Positions 1 to 11,411 of a DNA stretch of 30,479 nucleotides are shown in pieces. Both the position numbers and the translations under genes were made by a program. The stretch spans positions 1 through 30,479 of the forward strand of contig JBKKAI010000450.1 of NCBI GenBank assembly GCA_046714815.1, in the 5' to 3' direction. This DNA comes from Terriglobia bacterium. Its GTDB lineage: Bacteria; Acidobacteriota; Terriglobia; JAJPHL01; JAPKYU01. Under the pieces are notes generated by a model. It was not told where the DNA came from, did not search any database, and saw only the letters and a program-made list of their open reading frames with translations. The first letter of the stretch is position 1. Every line of letters begins with the position of its first letter.

Positions 1-260
1 TCGGCGGCGCGCTCCGGCAGCACGTGGCCCTGCGGGCGGACCGTCAGGTCCACGCCGGGGAAGCCCAGTTCCTTCAGCGTTTTTCCCAGGCGCAGGTAGT
101 CGAGCTCGGCCAGGTGCTTGGAAAAGAAGCACAGCGTGGGCGTCGCCGAATGAGGCGGCGGCGGCGTCCGGGAGCGTACGCTCCGGGTTGCAGGCGCGAG
201 AAGCGGCGAGGCGGCCAGCGCCGCGCCGGCGCGCAGGAAATCGCGGCGGGTCGGCTTCAT
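1..260 (-). CDS. Tat-exported sugar phosphate isomerase/epimerase-like TIM-barrel protein (partial, runs off the window start)
   Basis: Not in the ORF track. Hand translation from ATG at 260 gives [23 protein letters not shown]...LCFFSKHL...[21 protein letters not shown]: twin-arginine motif plus the FSKHL/DLTVR/GHVLPE pattern of xylose-isomerase-like (AP_endonuc_2) proteins. ATGA overlap with the upstream stop at 257-260. Confidence 0.8.
   Translation of the reverse strand, partial: MKPTRRDFLRAGAALAASPLLAPATRSVRSRTPPPPHSATPTLCFFSKHLAELDYLRLGKTLKELGFPGVDLTVRPQGHVLPERAA
171..193. repeat. REP-like hairpin, copy 1 (minus strand CTGCAACCCGGAGC-GTAC-GCTCC), inside a CDS
   Basis: 23 nt identical to 30451-30473 when read on the minus strand; related to 21942-21963. 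Confidence 0.75.
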
Positions 261-1591
261 GCCAATCTCCATGGCGCCCTGTACTTATACGACAGCAGCT
301 TGTTGGCGGCGTCGTTGTTGGTGACGCGCTCGGTTTTTGCATCCCACTCCAGGTAGCTTTTCGTCCTTAGCGCGACGTTGCCGAGCAGCGTGGCGGACGT
401 CGAGCGATGTCCCGTCTCGATGTCGCAGTTGCAGGCCTTCCGGCTCTTGACGCAGTCCAGGAAGTTGCGCGCGTGGTCGGCGTCGTCCACCTTGCCTTTC
501 GCCGCCCGCGGCTCCATCGCCGGCCGCCCCGCGCGGCCCTGCGCGCGATCCTGCTCGCGCCTGAGCGGGCTGCGACCGGGCAGCTCCTGCTCGCGCATGC
601 TTTCCGGAACGATCTCGTAGGAATCATCGCCGTTGATGTACAGCGTCCCCTGGGTGCCGCGGAATTCGACGAGCGCCCTCCTGATGTTGCCCGGAGCGGC
701 GTTGCAGTTGTACTGGGAGAAGACCACCAGCGTGCCGCCCGGGAACTGCCACAGCACCTCCATCGTGTCGGGGATCTCGCGGTTGTCCTCCACCGAGTAC
801 TTGCCGCCGATGGCGGTGACCGCCTGCGGCGCGTCCTTGCCAATGCCCCACTGGATCAGGTCCATATAATGCGTGCCGAAGTTGGTAAGCTGGCCGCCGG
901 AGTAGTCGTAGAACCAGCGGAACTTGTACAGGCAGCGATTGACGTTGTAGGGGACTTTGGGCGCCGGGCCCAGCCACATGTCCCAATCGAGGCCCGGCGG
1001 CGGCGCGCTGTCGGGCGGGTTGCCGATGCCCATCGGACACTCGTTCACGACGTGGTAGCCCTTGGCGACGGTTACCTTGCCGATAGCGCCGTTGCGCACC
1101 AGGTCGCAGGCTTCCTTGCAGACGGCCGACGAGCGGCGCTGGATGCCGACCTGCGTCACGCGGTTGGTGCGCCGCGCCGTCTCCACCATCCTGCGCCCCT
1201 CGCTGACCACCAGCGACAGCGGCTTCTCGACGTACACGTCCTTTCCCGCCTCGCAGGAGTGGATGAACTGCAGCGCATGCCAGTGGTCGGGTGTGATGAT
1301 CGCCACCGCATCGAGGTCCTTCATCTCGAGCATCTTGCGGTAATCGCGGAAGTGCGTGGGGCTGCCGCCGGCCTTGCGCGCGGCGGGCTCCAGGTAAGGC
1401 TCGTAGGCCTCGCACAGCGCGGCCACCTGAGCGTCTTTATGTTTGAGAAAAGCGTCCAGCACCTGGTCGCCGCGGTTGCCGACGCCGATGAAGCCAACAC
1501 GCACGCGGTCGTTCGCGCCCAGAATGCGCGCGCTGCTCAGCGCGGTGAATGCCGCCGCCTTGCCGAAGTCCCGCCGCGTAAGCTTGTCCAT
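257..1591 (-). CDS. Tat-exported Gfo/Idh/MocA family NAD(P)-dependent oxidoreductase
   Basis: [11 protein letters not shown] Tat motif, GFIGVGNRG Rossmann motif, TPDHWH and YVEKP motifs. ATG at 1591 is preceded by AGGAGG/AAGGA, so it is preferred over the ORF-track start at 1612. Confidence 0.92.
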   Translation of the reverse strand: MDKLTRRDFGKAAAFTALSSARILGANDRVRVGFIGVGNRGDQVLDAFLKHKDAQVAALCEAYEPYLEPAARKAGGSPTHFRDYRKMLEMKDLDAVAIITPDHWHALQFIHSCEAGKDVYVEKPLSLVVSEGRRMVETARRTNRVTQVGIQRRSSAVCKEACDLVRNGAIGKVTVAKGYHVVNECPMGIGNPPDSAPPPGLDWDMWLGPAPKVPYNVNRCLYKFRWFYDYSGGQLTNFGTHYMDLIQWGIGKDAPQAVTAIGGKYSVEDNREIPDTMEVLWQFPGGTLVVFSQYNCNAAPGNIRRALVEFRGTQGTLYINGDDSYEIVPESMREQELPGRSPLRREQDRAQGRAGRPAMEPRAAKGKVDDADHARNFLDCVKSRKACNCDIETGHRSTSATLLGNVALRTKSYLEWDAKTERVTNNDAANKLLSYKYRAPWRLA

Positions 1592-1666
1592 TTCCTTTTC
1601 CTCCTGCCTCACCGTGTATTACATTCCTTCGGCACGGTTTTTTCAAGCCGTGAAGGAAGAATTTCC

Positions 1667-3637
<1,971 letters not shown>

Positions 3638-3673
3638 AACCTGGCACACGGTTCCTTCGGCCTCCCGACTGTC

Positions 3674-3764
3674 ATCCCGAGCTCGCCGCGGCGACCGAGG
3701 GACCTGCTTTTCAGCAACGTGTTCAAGCAAGGAAGAAAAGCAGGTCCCTCGCAGCGCTCGGGAT
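3674..3764. repeat. Intergenic REP-like palindromic element with nested arms
   Basis: Outer arms ATCCCGAGC (3674-3682) and GCTCGGGAT (3756-3764); inner perfect 17-bp arms CGAGGGACCTGCTTTTC (3696-3712) and GAAAAGCAGGTCCCTCG (3735-3751). Lies between convergent genes. Confidence 0.85.
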
Positions 3765-4969
3765 TAGCGGCGGGCGGCGAGCTGCTTCTGGATCGAAGCG
3801 CGAACCGACGGCAGGTAGCGCAGCGCGTTGGCGTAGTAAACCTTGCGGAGCACGTCGTCGGGCAGGCCGATGCCGTAGATTTTCCAGCGGCCGTGCAGCG
3901 GCGCGCCGGTCTCGGAGCGAATCTGGGCCGGGTGATCGAAGTGCTCGTCAAAGGTCTCCAGGAACCGCCAGTGAGGCGCCCAGAACTCTTCGATCCCGCG
4001 GTTGGGGTTGCCGTCGGAGCCGAACACGATGCGGTCCTGGTACTTGAGGAAGAACTTGCGGATCATCAGCGGCGCGCGGCCCAGGTCCTGAACCGCGGCC
4101 GAGATCTCGACATCGGCGTTGGGATACTTGTCCAGCAGCGCGGCGACTTTGTCCATGTCGTAGTACAGCATCGCCACGTGGGCGTTGACGAAGCGCGTTT
4201 TGGGGTGCTTGGCGTGCATGTTCTCGCGCGCCTTTTCAATGACGTCGGGGCCCGGCTGGCCCGTCTTGTAATAGTTGCCCGAAGGATTGCTGCGCCACAG
4301 CCCGGCTTCATATCGCTCGTTCTCCGGGCCGATGGGAAGGAAGCGGCCGTACGAGTCGCTGATGTGGATCATGACCGGCTTGCTGTACCTGCCACACGCC
4401 TCCCAGATCGGATCGAACCGCCGGTCGTCGGCCTGAATGTACGTGCCGTCGGGATTCCTCAGGTCGAGCCCGAGCACCTTGTTGATCTTCAGCCCCGCCG
4501 CGCCGGCCCGAAAACAGCGCTCCAGCTCTTCGGTGGTTTTTGCGGACCATCCCGGTTCGTTGATCCCTTCCCAGTCCAGCCGCGCGAAATGAATGATGCG
4601 GTCCCGGTAGGGCTCGCCCACCTTCATGTTCTGATCGAATGTCTTTCCAAATCCGCCGTCCATGTTGCACAGCACGCCCAGGCCGGTCTCGTCCATCAGC
4701 TTGATCATCTTCCGGTAAGCGTCGTCGGAACTGATCCCTCGTCCATGCAGGTGGAAGTCAATCGCCGGAAACTTCGCCCGGGTGAGGGCGGTCCTGGGGA
4801 GTTTCATCAGGGCCTTGGGGATGGCCGGCACTTCGGGCGTGGGCCGGAAATCGGGATGCGAGGGAAACCGGGCAGTCTCGGATTTTGCCCCGGGCCTTTG
4901 GGCCGAGGAAGGAGAGAAGCCCGCGGCGGCGAGCAGAGCCAAGACGGATAACCATCGAAGTCCAGTCAT
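3764..4969 (-). CDS. Exported amidohydrolase-family (Amidohydro_2-like) metallohydrolase
   Basis: N-terminal signal peptide; DFHLH (HxH), IHISD, NAH and FGSD metal-ligand motifs; GAGG RBS before the ATG. Confidence 0.85.
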   Translation of the reverse strand: MTGLRWLSVLALLAAAGFSPSSAQRPGAKSETARFPSHPDFRPTPEVPAIPKALMKLPRTALTRAKFPAIDFHLHGRGISSDDAYRKMIKLMDETGLGVLCNMDGGFGKTFDQNMKVGEPYRDRIIHFARLDWEGINEPGWSAKTTEELERCFRAGAAGLKINKVLGLDLRNPDGTYIQADDRRFDPIWEACGRYSKPVMIHISDSYGRFLPIGPENERYEAGLWRSNPSGNYYKTGQPGPDVIEKARENMHAKHPKTRFVNAHVAMLYYDMDKVAALLDKYPNADVEISAAVQDLGRAPLMIRKFFLKYQDRIVFGSDGNPNRGIEEFWAPHWRFLETFDEHFDHPAQIRSETGAPLHGRWKIYGIGLPDDVLRKVYYANALRYLPSVRASIQKQLAARR

Positions 4970-5584
4970 AAGTCCTCATTTCTCCTCGGGCGACGAGTAC
5001 GCGCATTGTTACACAAAGCCGGCCCGGCGTCACGAGAGTGAGTAGGCACGGGTACGCACGGTCTGTCAGGATCGAGGGCTTGCTGGAAAAACCAGGGCCG
5101 ACGACTTGCGCTCGAAAAAAATCCCTTGACATGGGTCTGAAAGTTTGGGAATATGACACTCTTACGATAATTCCGGATAGAAAGCAGCAGGGCAGCGTAG
5201 CACAGGCATTCCCGTCTGTGCGTGGGAAGGCGTTGTTAGCGGAAAGCCTGCTGACGGTAATTATCTAACTGCCGTACAATCAATAATTTAGGAGTTTCGT
5301 GCCGCTGTTAGCGGGAAAGTTGGCTAACACTCATCTCTTTGAGCCCCAAGGAGTTAGGGCCCAAAAAACACATCGAGTTGTTAGCAGGAAACCGGCGAAA
5401 ACGCTAAGGGCAGGCAGCCCTGCCCAATGTTTTCCTAAACTTACGTATTTTGCCGGCCTTGGGAACCTGCTTTTCAAGGAGGTTCCGAGGAACCCTGCTT
5501 TTCAGACCGAACCCGCTCAGTTCGCACTTCCATGTTGCACACCCGCATCCCATGCACGCGGCAAACCGGCGGCCGTCTTCCGTC

Positions 5585-5593
5585 TGTTAGAAT
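5585..5593 (+). promoter_or_regulatory. Extended -10 element (TGtTAGAAT) for the lyase gene
   Basis: TGnTAGAAT ends 8 nt before ATG 5602, and there is no clear RBS. Confidence 0.5.
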
Positions 5594-5601
5594 CGGAACC
5601 A

Positions 5602-8022
5602 ATGAGAATCGCTTGGCTCTCGATTTGCACGCTCGCTGCCGGTCTGTCATTGGCGGCGGAGGAGTTCGTGCCGATTCCCGGCGGAACATTCCTGAGCGGG
5701 GACGTGGTGACGCGCAAGGGGCGGCAGGAGCCGGTGCGGCTGGATGCGTTCGAGATTCTTGCGCATCCGGTGACGAACCGTGACTACCGGACCTTTGTGG
5801 ACGCCACCGGCTTCGCGCCGCCGCCGCACTGGGCCGGCGGGCGAATTCCCGCGGGCATGGAACAGCACCCCGTGGTGTTCGTGAACCGCCACGACGTCGA
5901 AGCCTACCTGGCATGGCGCAGCCGCGCGGAGAAGCGCGTTTACCGCCTGCCCGCCGATGCCGAGTTCGAATATGCCGCGCGCGGGAGGCTGGAAGGCAAG
6001 CTGTATCCGTGGGGCGACGAAGAGCCGGCCGGGCGCGCCAATTTCGACGGCGACGGAACTCGCACCGCGGCCGACTGGCGGCGTTACCTGAAGCCGGTGA
6101 AGAGCTACGCGGCCAACGGGTTCGGCCTTTACGACATGGCGGGCAATGTGTGGCAGATGGTGGTGACGTCCCCGGACCCGGCGCGGCAGCGGTTCAAGTA
6201 TCGCATCGAGAGTCCGACGGACCTGGAGAGCCGCGCGGTCGGCGGCTCCTGGGCTCGCGCCGCTCCCTACCTGCGCTGCGGCTACGGCGGCGGCCTGGGC
6301 GCGGGCATGCGCCTGCCCGACCTCGGGTTCCGCGTGGTGCGGGAGGTAGCGGGATCGGCGTCGTTCCAACCCGCGCCGCGCCGCCTGATCGCGTTGCCTC
6401 AGGGCGGCGGCCGGGTGTTTCTCGGCTGGCAGTTGCTCGCGGGCGATCCGGCCGGCGTCACCTGGAACATCTACGCCTCGCGGCGGCGTGACGCGGCCGG
6501 CGAGCGTGTCAACCGCCAACCGGTCGTGGGTGGCACGAATTACGTGGTTGAAAGGGGCGTGGTTGAAGGGGGCCTGGTTGGAAGGGACAATGACACGCGC
6601 GCCGCCGCGCCGCTCACATATTACCGCGTGCGCCCGGTGGTGAACGGCCGCGAAGGGCAGCCCTCGGAATGGGCCGGCGCGGAGCCGTCGGCGGCGCCCA
6701 CCGGCGCCGTGATGACCTTCAAGCCCACCGTCCAGCAAGGCAACATGGTCCCGGTGTTCGGCGACCTGGACGGCGATGGGTTGCTCGACGTCGTGGTCCG
6801 GCTCGACAACGGCATCCGCGAGATGTCGCGCGACCCGGGCGTTCCGGTCGAGCTCGAGGCCTTTACCCACGACGGCCGCGCGCTTTGGCGGCGCCCGCTG
6901 GTCTGGCACGACCACTGCTTCGGCAATGCCAACAATGTTCCCGTCGTGGTTTACGATCTCGACGGCGACGGCCGCGCCGAAGTTATCGCCCGCGTGCAGG
7001 AGGGCGACGGTGTCTATCTCGCCGTGCTCAACGGCGCGAACGGCCGCCTGCTGCGCAAGACCGCCTGGCCGGAGATGGTCAGCGATTTCTCGAAATCGTC
7101 TACGCGCATCCATCTCTCGGTGGCCTACCTCGACGGCCGGCATCCGGCGCTGGTCACGCAGACCGGCCTGTACGAGAACGAGGTTTTCACCGCCTACGAC
7201 CGGGATCTCAAAAAGCTCTGGGAATATCGCAGCACGATGGAAACCAACGGCAGCGGCTCGCACCACGTGGACATCGCCGACGTGGACGGCGATGGCCGCG
7301 ATGAGGTGTTCAACGGCACCACGTGCCTGAACCCCGACGGCACCCTGCGCTGGTCCATCTATCGCCAGCACCCGGACATCGTGGCCATCAAGGACTTCCT
7401 GCCGGAGCGGCCCGGGTTGGAAGTTTTCTTCGCCGTGGAAAGCTCGGTGCACGCCGGCGCCTACCTGGTAGAGGCGAAGACCGGGAAGGTGATCTGGAAA
7501 GTGAACCGCGAAGATGATCCGCGCTGGACGCACGCCCATACGGGATGGGCCGCCGATATCTGGGCGGGATCGCCCGGCATCGAGATGCTTACCAACCGCG
7601 ATGGCCACGAGGCCAAAGATCTGGTGCTGTTCTCGGCCGGCGGCAAGATTCTGATGAACCCGTTTCCCCAGGGCTGGATGCCGGTGACCTGGGAAGGCAA
7701 CGCGACGCGCGAGCTGATGACGCGCAACGGCAACTCGCTGGGAAAATTCGATGGGCGCGACGTCGCAGCCGCGGGTAGCGCACCGCCCAACCCCGGCAAA
7801 GGCAATTGCCCGATGGTGGCGGACATCGTCGGCGATTACCGCGACGAAGTGGTCTGCACCGGGCCGGCCTCGGATGGCGGCACGGCGATCTTCGTCTACA
7901 CCAATACGACGCCCCTCGCCCGCAGCGCCGTGACGCCCACCGCCGGACGCCAGTATCGTCTGTGGATGGCGCGCAACATGGGCGGCGGATACCCGTCGTA
8001 TTTCGAGCCGGAAGGGAAATGA
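5602..8022 (+). CDS. Secreted fusion: FGE-sulfatase (SUMF1)-fold domain plus PL11 rhamnogalacturonan-lyase-like beta-propeller
   Basis: Signal peptide MRIAWLSICTLAAGLSLAA. FGE-fold motifs: HPVTNRDY, LPADAEFEYAARG, YPWG, NGFGLYDMAGNVWQ, GGSW, LGFR. These are followed by VFLGWQLL...WNIY and repeated DxDGDG Ca-binding loops typical of YesW/YesX-like proteins. 806 aa. Confidence 0.82.
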   Translation: MRIAWLSICTLAAGLSLAAEEFVPIPGGTFLSGDVVTRKGRQEPVRLDAFEILAHPVTNRDYRTFVDATGFAPPPHWAGGRIPAGMEQHPVVFVNRHDVEAYLAWRSRAEKRVYRLPADAEFEYAARGRLEGKLYPWGDEEPAGRANFDGDGTRTAADWRRYLKPVKSYAANGFGLYDMAGNVWQMVVTSPDPARQRFKYRIESPTDLESRAVGGSWARAAPYLRCGYGGGLGAGMRLPDLGFRVVREVAGSASFQPAPRRLIALPQGGGRVFLGWQLLAGDPAGVTWNIYASRRRDAAGERVNRQPVVGGTNYVVERGVVEGGLVGRDNDTRAAAPLTYYRVRPVVNGREGQPSEWAGAEPSAAPTGAVMTFKPTVQQGNMVPVFGDLDGDGLLDVVVRLDNGIREMSRDPGVPVELEAFTHDGRALWRRPLVWHDHCFGNANNVPVVVYDLDGDGRAEVIARVQEGDGVYLAVLNGANGRLLRKTAWPEMVSDFSKSSTRIHLSVAYLDGRHPALVTQTGLYENEVFTAYDRDLKKLWEYRSTMETNGSGSHHVDIADVDGDGRDEVFNGTTCLNPDGTLRWSIYRQHPDIVAIKDFLPERPGLEVFFAVESSVHAGAYLVEAKTGKVIWKVNREDDPRWTHAHTGWAADIWAGSPGIEMLTNRDGHEAKDLVLFSAGGKILMNPFPQGWMPVTWEGNATRELMTRNGNSLGKFDGRDVAAAGSAPPNPGKGNCPMVADIVGDYRDEVVCTGPASDGGTAIFVYTNTTPLARSAVTPTAGRQYRLWMARNMGGGYPSYFEPEGK
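6544..6588 (+). repeat. 15-bp imperfect tandem repeat x3, in-frame (VVERG VVEGG LVGRD)
   Basis: GTGGTTGAAAGGGGC / GTGGTTGAAGGGGGC / CTGGTTGGAAGGGAC. Confidence 0.75.
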
Positions 8023-8077
8023 TTCCGACGGCTTACCGATCTGACCCAAAGCATCCATCCTGGCTTGCTGAATCTTG

Positions 8078-8083
8078 TATAAT
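8078..8083 (+). promoter_or_regulatory. -10 box TATAAT, probably for a leaderless Uma2 transcript
   Basis: Perfect TATAAT 6 nt before GTG 8090; no RBS and no clear -35. Confidence 0.5.
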
Positions 8084-8089
8084 CCGTTG

Positions 8090-8599
8090 GTGCTCACCAA
8101 AGTGTTGATGGATGTAGAGGAGTACCTGCGCACCAGCTTCGAGGGAGCCGACTGCGAGTTTTTGGACGGCGAAGTCGTCGAACGCAACATGGGCGAGCTG
8201 CCACACAGCAAAGCGCAAACCAAGCTGGTTATCCGCCTGGGGCAGATTGCCGAGAAGCTGGGCCTGCAACTTCACGTGGAGATCCGTATCCAGATCAGTC
8301 CGCGCCGCTTTCGGGTTGCCGACGTGGCCGTCTGGCGCGCCGGCGATATCGGCAGTCGCATTCCCACCGTGCCCCCATTTCTAGCGATCGAGATCCTCTC
8401 CGCCGAAGACCGCATGGTGCGGATGCTGCCGAAGATTCAGGAGTACCTTTCCATCGGCGTTGAGTACGTATGGCTGGTTGATCCGCTGGAACGCAAGGCG
8501 CTGGTTTATTCTCAACAGGACGCTGCCGGACGCCTGGTAGACGTACTGCGCACCAGCAACCCCGCGATTGATCTCCCACTCACGGCTGTCTTCTCATAA
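8090..8599 (+). CDS. Uma2 (DUF820) family PD-(D/E)xK-like endonuclease
   Basis: VEEYL...[10 protein letters not shown]...[33 protein letters not shown] pattern. Start chosen at GTG 8090. The 3' end overlaps the convergent wecB by 20 nt. Confidence 0.88.
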   Translation: MLTKVLMDVEEYLRTSFEGADCEFLDGEVVERNMGELPHSKAQTKLVIRLGQIAEKLGLQLHVEIRIQISPRRFRVADVAVWRAGDIGSRIPTVPPFLAIEILSAEDRMVRMLPKIQEYLSIGVEYVWLVDPLERKALVYSQQDAAGRLVDVLRTSNPAIDLPLTAVFS

Positions 8600-9719
8600 C
8601 CGGCGGGCGGAGGAGGATTTCGGCGATGCGGCGGCTGGCCTGGCCGTCGCCGTAGGGATTGTGGGCGCGGCTCATGCGCTCATAGGCGGCGGGGTTGTCC
8701 AGCAGCTCGGTGGCCGAGTCCACAATTTTTTCTGTGTCGCTGCCCACCAGTTTCACCGTGCCGGCCTCGACCGCCTCGGGCCGCTCGGTAACCTCGCGCA
8801 TTACCAGCACCGGCTTGCCCAGCGACGGCCCTTCTTCCTGGATGCCGCCGGAATCCGTCAGGATCAAGTATGCCGATTCCATCAGGCCGACGAATGGGAC
8901 GTAGGCAAGCGGCTCGATCAACTGTACGTTGGGCAAGCCGCCGAGAATTCGAGACACCGGCTCCCGCACGTTGGGGTTCAGGTGAACCGGATAAACCAGT
9001 TCGACGTCGGGGCGCTCCGCGATGCGGCGGAGCGCGCGGCAGATGCCCTCGAAGCCCTCGCCGAAGCTCTCGCGGCGGTGGCCGGTCACCAGCACCAGGC
9101 GCTTTTCCGGCGCGATCGGCCGCATGCCGGACGGCGCCGGCCAGCGCCCGCGGTACTTGTCGCAGGTGTAAAAAAGCGCGTCCACAACCGTGTTGCCGGT
9201 GACGAAGATGTGCGTATCCGGAACGCCTTCGCTGCGCAGATTGGCCGCGGCGCTTTCGGTCGGCGAAAAATGCAGGTCGGCCAGCGGCGATGTCAGCCTC
9301 CGGTTGATCTCTTCGGGAAACGGCCGCCGCTTGTCGAAAGTGCGCAGGCCCGCTTCGACGTGCCCCACGCGGATGCCCAGGTAAAAGGCCGCCAGCGCCG
9401 CGGCGAACACGGTGGTGGTATCACCCTGCACCAGCACGATGCCGGGGCGCTCATCCATCAGCACCGGGCGCAGGCCGGTGAGGCAGCGCGCGGTCAGGTC
9501 GAACAGGTCCTGGCCCGGCTGCATGATGTCCAGGTCGTAATCGGGCCGGATGGAGAAGGTTTCGAGCACCTGGTCGAGCATTTCGCGGTGCTGCGCGGTC
9601 ACACACACCGAGACGTGGAACTCGGGGCGCGCCCGCAGTTCGAGCACGACCGGAGCCAGCTTGATCGCCTCCGGCCGGGTCCCAAACACCAAGAGTACTT
9701 TTTCAACGGTCGGCTTCAC
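8580..9719 (-). CDS. wecB: UDP-N-acetylglucosamine 2-epimerase (non-hydrolysing)
   Basis: [52 protein letters not shown] and NPYGDG motifs. Start GTG 9719 is uncertain. Confidence 0.95.
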   Translation of the reverse strand: MKPTVEKVLLVFGTRPEAIKLAPVVLELRARPEFHVSVCVTAQHREMLDQVLETFSIRPDYDLDIMQPGQDLFDLTARCLTGLRPVLMDERPGIVLVQGDTTTVFAAALAAFYLGIRVGHVEAGLRTFDKRRPFPEEINRRLTSPLADLHFSPTESAAANLRSEGVPDTHIFVTGNTVVDALFYTCDKYRGRWPAPSGMRPIAPEKRLVLVTGHRRESFGEGFEGICRALRRIAERPDVELVYPVHLNPNVREPVSRILGGLPNVQLIEPLAYVPFVGLMESAYLILTDSGGIQEEGPSLGKPVLVMREVTERPEAVEAGTVKLVGSDTEKIVDSATELLDNPAAYERMSRAHNPYGDGQASRRIAEILLRPPVMRRQP

Positions 9720-10413
9720 AAATGTAGCCCAGGGTGAAATCGCGCCGCCGGTCGAGGCCATCGCAGAAGTAGAGCAGCAGCGGGACCAGCAGGCCGAAAA
9801 ACGGCGCCAGCAGAACGAACAACGCCCATTTCAGGCCGCCCTGAAAGAAGCTGAGCAGGTTCACCGAGCGGCGGGCCATCAGCCAGAAAAAGCCGCCCAC
9901 CGCTTCCAGGCGGCGGACGCGGAAGCCGCTGCCGGCCAGCAGGTGGTCGAGGCCGTAGCGGGTATAACGGAAGTAGTCGTGCGGCGCCTGGTGCACCTCC
10001 CACTCCTGGGGGACCACCAGGAACAGGCGCCCGCCCGGGCGCAGGACGCGGGCGATCTCGCGCAATACTTTCATCGGCTCGCGCGTATGCTCGAGCACCA
10101 CGACGCTCAACGCCGCGTCGAAGGTGGCGGCGGCCAGGGGCAGGCTCTCCAGGTCGCCGCGCAGATCGAGCCGCGAATAGTTCCAGGCGGCGTCGCCAAC
10201 AGCATTGTCCAGCGCCAGGTAGCGATGCGCGGCGAACAGCCCGGCATAACGGCATTCGCCGGCGCCGGCGTCGAGCACGCGCGAGTTCGGCGCCAGCGAC
10301 GCGGCAAATCCGGCCAGCGCCTCATCGGCGCGCGTCTCAAACGGGTTGAGCGCGCGCAGCAGGAATCGGGGCAGCAGGCGCTGGGCGGCGCCGCGGACGC
10401 GCGGGTCTAGCAT
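9703..10413 (-). CDS. Class I SAM-dependent methyltransferase
   Basis: VLDAGAGE motif [21 protein letters not shown]; typical of glycan-locus methyltransferases. Confidence 0.85.
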   Translation of the reverse strand: MLDPRVRGAAQRLLPRFLLRALNPFETRADEALAGFAASLAPNSRVLDAGAGECRYAGLFAAHRYLALDNAVGDAAWNYSRLDLRGDLESLPLAAATFDAALSVVVLEHTREPMKVLREIARVLRPGGRLFLVVPQEWEVHQAPHDYFRYTRYGLDHLLAGSGFRVRRLEAVGGFFWLMARRSVNLLSFFQGGLKWALFVLLAPFFGLLVPLLLYFCDGLDRRRDFTLGYICEADR

Positions 10414-11411
10414 TTGCGCGCCTCGATCATGATGGTGGCGCCGCGGCCGGCCAGCGCCTCGGCGGCGGCCAGCGGCAGCGCGGCAACGACCAGCGCGAAA
10501 TAGGCCAGGTCCAACGCCAGCCGCCAGGAGACACTCTCCCGGCGCCGCGCGCGCCGCGAAACCGGCTCGAGCCCCGGCGCCAGGCTGGTGGCCAGCGCCG
10601 CCGGATTATCGCGCAGGGAGAAATGCTTGAGGCGGCCGATGCGGAAACCGGATCTTTCCACCAGGCGCTCGAGGTCGGCGCGCCGGAAATTCACCAGGTG
10701 CCGCGGCACGTCGAAGCCGCTCCAGCGCCCGCCCAGGGCCGCCGTCTGCCAGCTTGCGGCGTTCGGGACCTGGACGATGAGCCGGCCCGAAGGCCGCAGG
10801 ACGGCGCGCGCGAAGGCCAGCGCCGCGGCGGGATCGGGAACGTGCTCAAGAAAATGAAACATGCTGACCGCGTCGAAGCTTTCGGCCGCCAGAGGCGCGG
10901 TATGATAGTCGCCGAGGACGGCGGCGATCCCCTGCCGATGGGCCGCTGCCAGCGCGGCCAGCGACGCATCCATGCCGCAGCAGGAGTAGCCGCGCTGCCG
11001 CAGCGCCGCCAGCAAGTCGCCCGAGCCGCAGCCGACGTCCAGGATGCGCGCCGGCGGCCTACCCAGCACGGAGGTGACAAAAGCCACGTGGTCGCCGAGG
11101 ACGGCGCGCCGGTAGAAGCCTTCCAGCCGCCGCGCGGCGCCGCCTTCCGAGCCGCCGCTCCACCAGTACCCCGGCGGGTAGTAGCCGGCCAGCTCCCGGC
11201 CGGCGGGGCGTGGAGAAAGATACAGCACTCCGCAGGAGGCGCATTCCACAATTTTGAACTGGCGCGTGGTGGTGCGGAACAAACGGTCGGAAGCGCGGAA
11301 GCGCGGGCGCTGCTCGCTCGAGCCGCACAGCGGGCAGTCGCCGGGCGCGGCGGCAGTTTCGCCGGCAGCAGCCGCCTCCGCTTTCGCGCCGCCCGCGGCC
11401 GGTTCGCTCAC
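10407..11411 (-). CDS. Class I SAM-dependent methyltransferase with N-terminal Cys4 (Zn-ribbon-like) motif
   Basis: CPLC...CASC, ILDVGCGSG, FHFLEHVPDP and DVPRHL motifs; GTGA overlap with the upstream gene. Confidence 0.85.
   Translation of the reverse strand: MSEPAAGGAKAEAAAAGETAAAPGDCPLCGSSEQRPRFRASDRLFRTTTRQFKIVECASCGVLYLSPRPAGRELAGYYPPGYWWSGGSEGGAARRLEGFYRRAVLGDHVAFVTSVLGRPPARILDVGCGSGDLLAALRQRGYSCCGMDASLAALAAAHRQGIAAVLGDYHTAPLAAESFDAVSMFHFLEHVPDPAAALAFARAVLRPSGRLIVQVPNAASWQTAALGGRWSGFDVPRHLVNFRRADLERLVERSGFRIGRLKHFSLRDNPAALATSLAPGLEPVSRRARRRESVSWRLALDLAYFALVVAALPLAAAEALAGRGATIMIEARKC

Noticed and set aside
171-190. Identity with the last 20 nt of the window, suggesting a circular or terminally redundant element
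   Set aside because: The match is internal at the left end and limited to the palindrome, so it is better explained as a dispersed repeat. The window may end at a repeat-induced assembly break.
1613-1624. TGTATTACA near-palindrome as an operator between the divergent Gfo and yagF genes
   Set aside because: Too short to distinguish from overlapping -10 elements, and no cognate regulator is adjacent.
5170-5245. Cobalamin riboswitch (TGGGAAGG and a small hairpin)
   Set aside because: The other conserved B12-element blocks are absent and the downstream gene is unrelated.
5232-5392. CRISPR mini-array (three motifs 72-73 bp apart)
   Set aside because: The shared segment is only about 15 nt and imperfect, and there are no cas genes in the window.
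5299-5601. 101-aa N-terminal extension of the lyase from GTG 5299 (preceded by AGGAG)
   Set aside because: It would bury a clear signal peptide that starts at 5602, the sequence is not protein-like, and 5602 has its own extended -10. Not fully excluded without proteomics.
5602-6350. FGE/C-type-lectin domain as a diversity-generating retroelement target
   Set aside because: No reverse transcriptase, no template/variable repeat pair differing at adenines, and the domain is N-terminal.
5647-8223. Very long opposite-strand ORFs (also 407-1666 extension, 3719-4951+, 8568-9737+, 20080-21699+, 22797-23957+, 27473-29203+)
   Set aside because: They are antisense shadows of well-supported genes, expected from high-GC codon bias, and contain no recognisable motifs.
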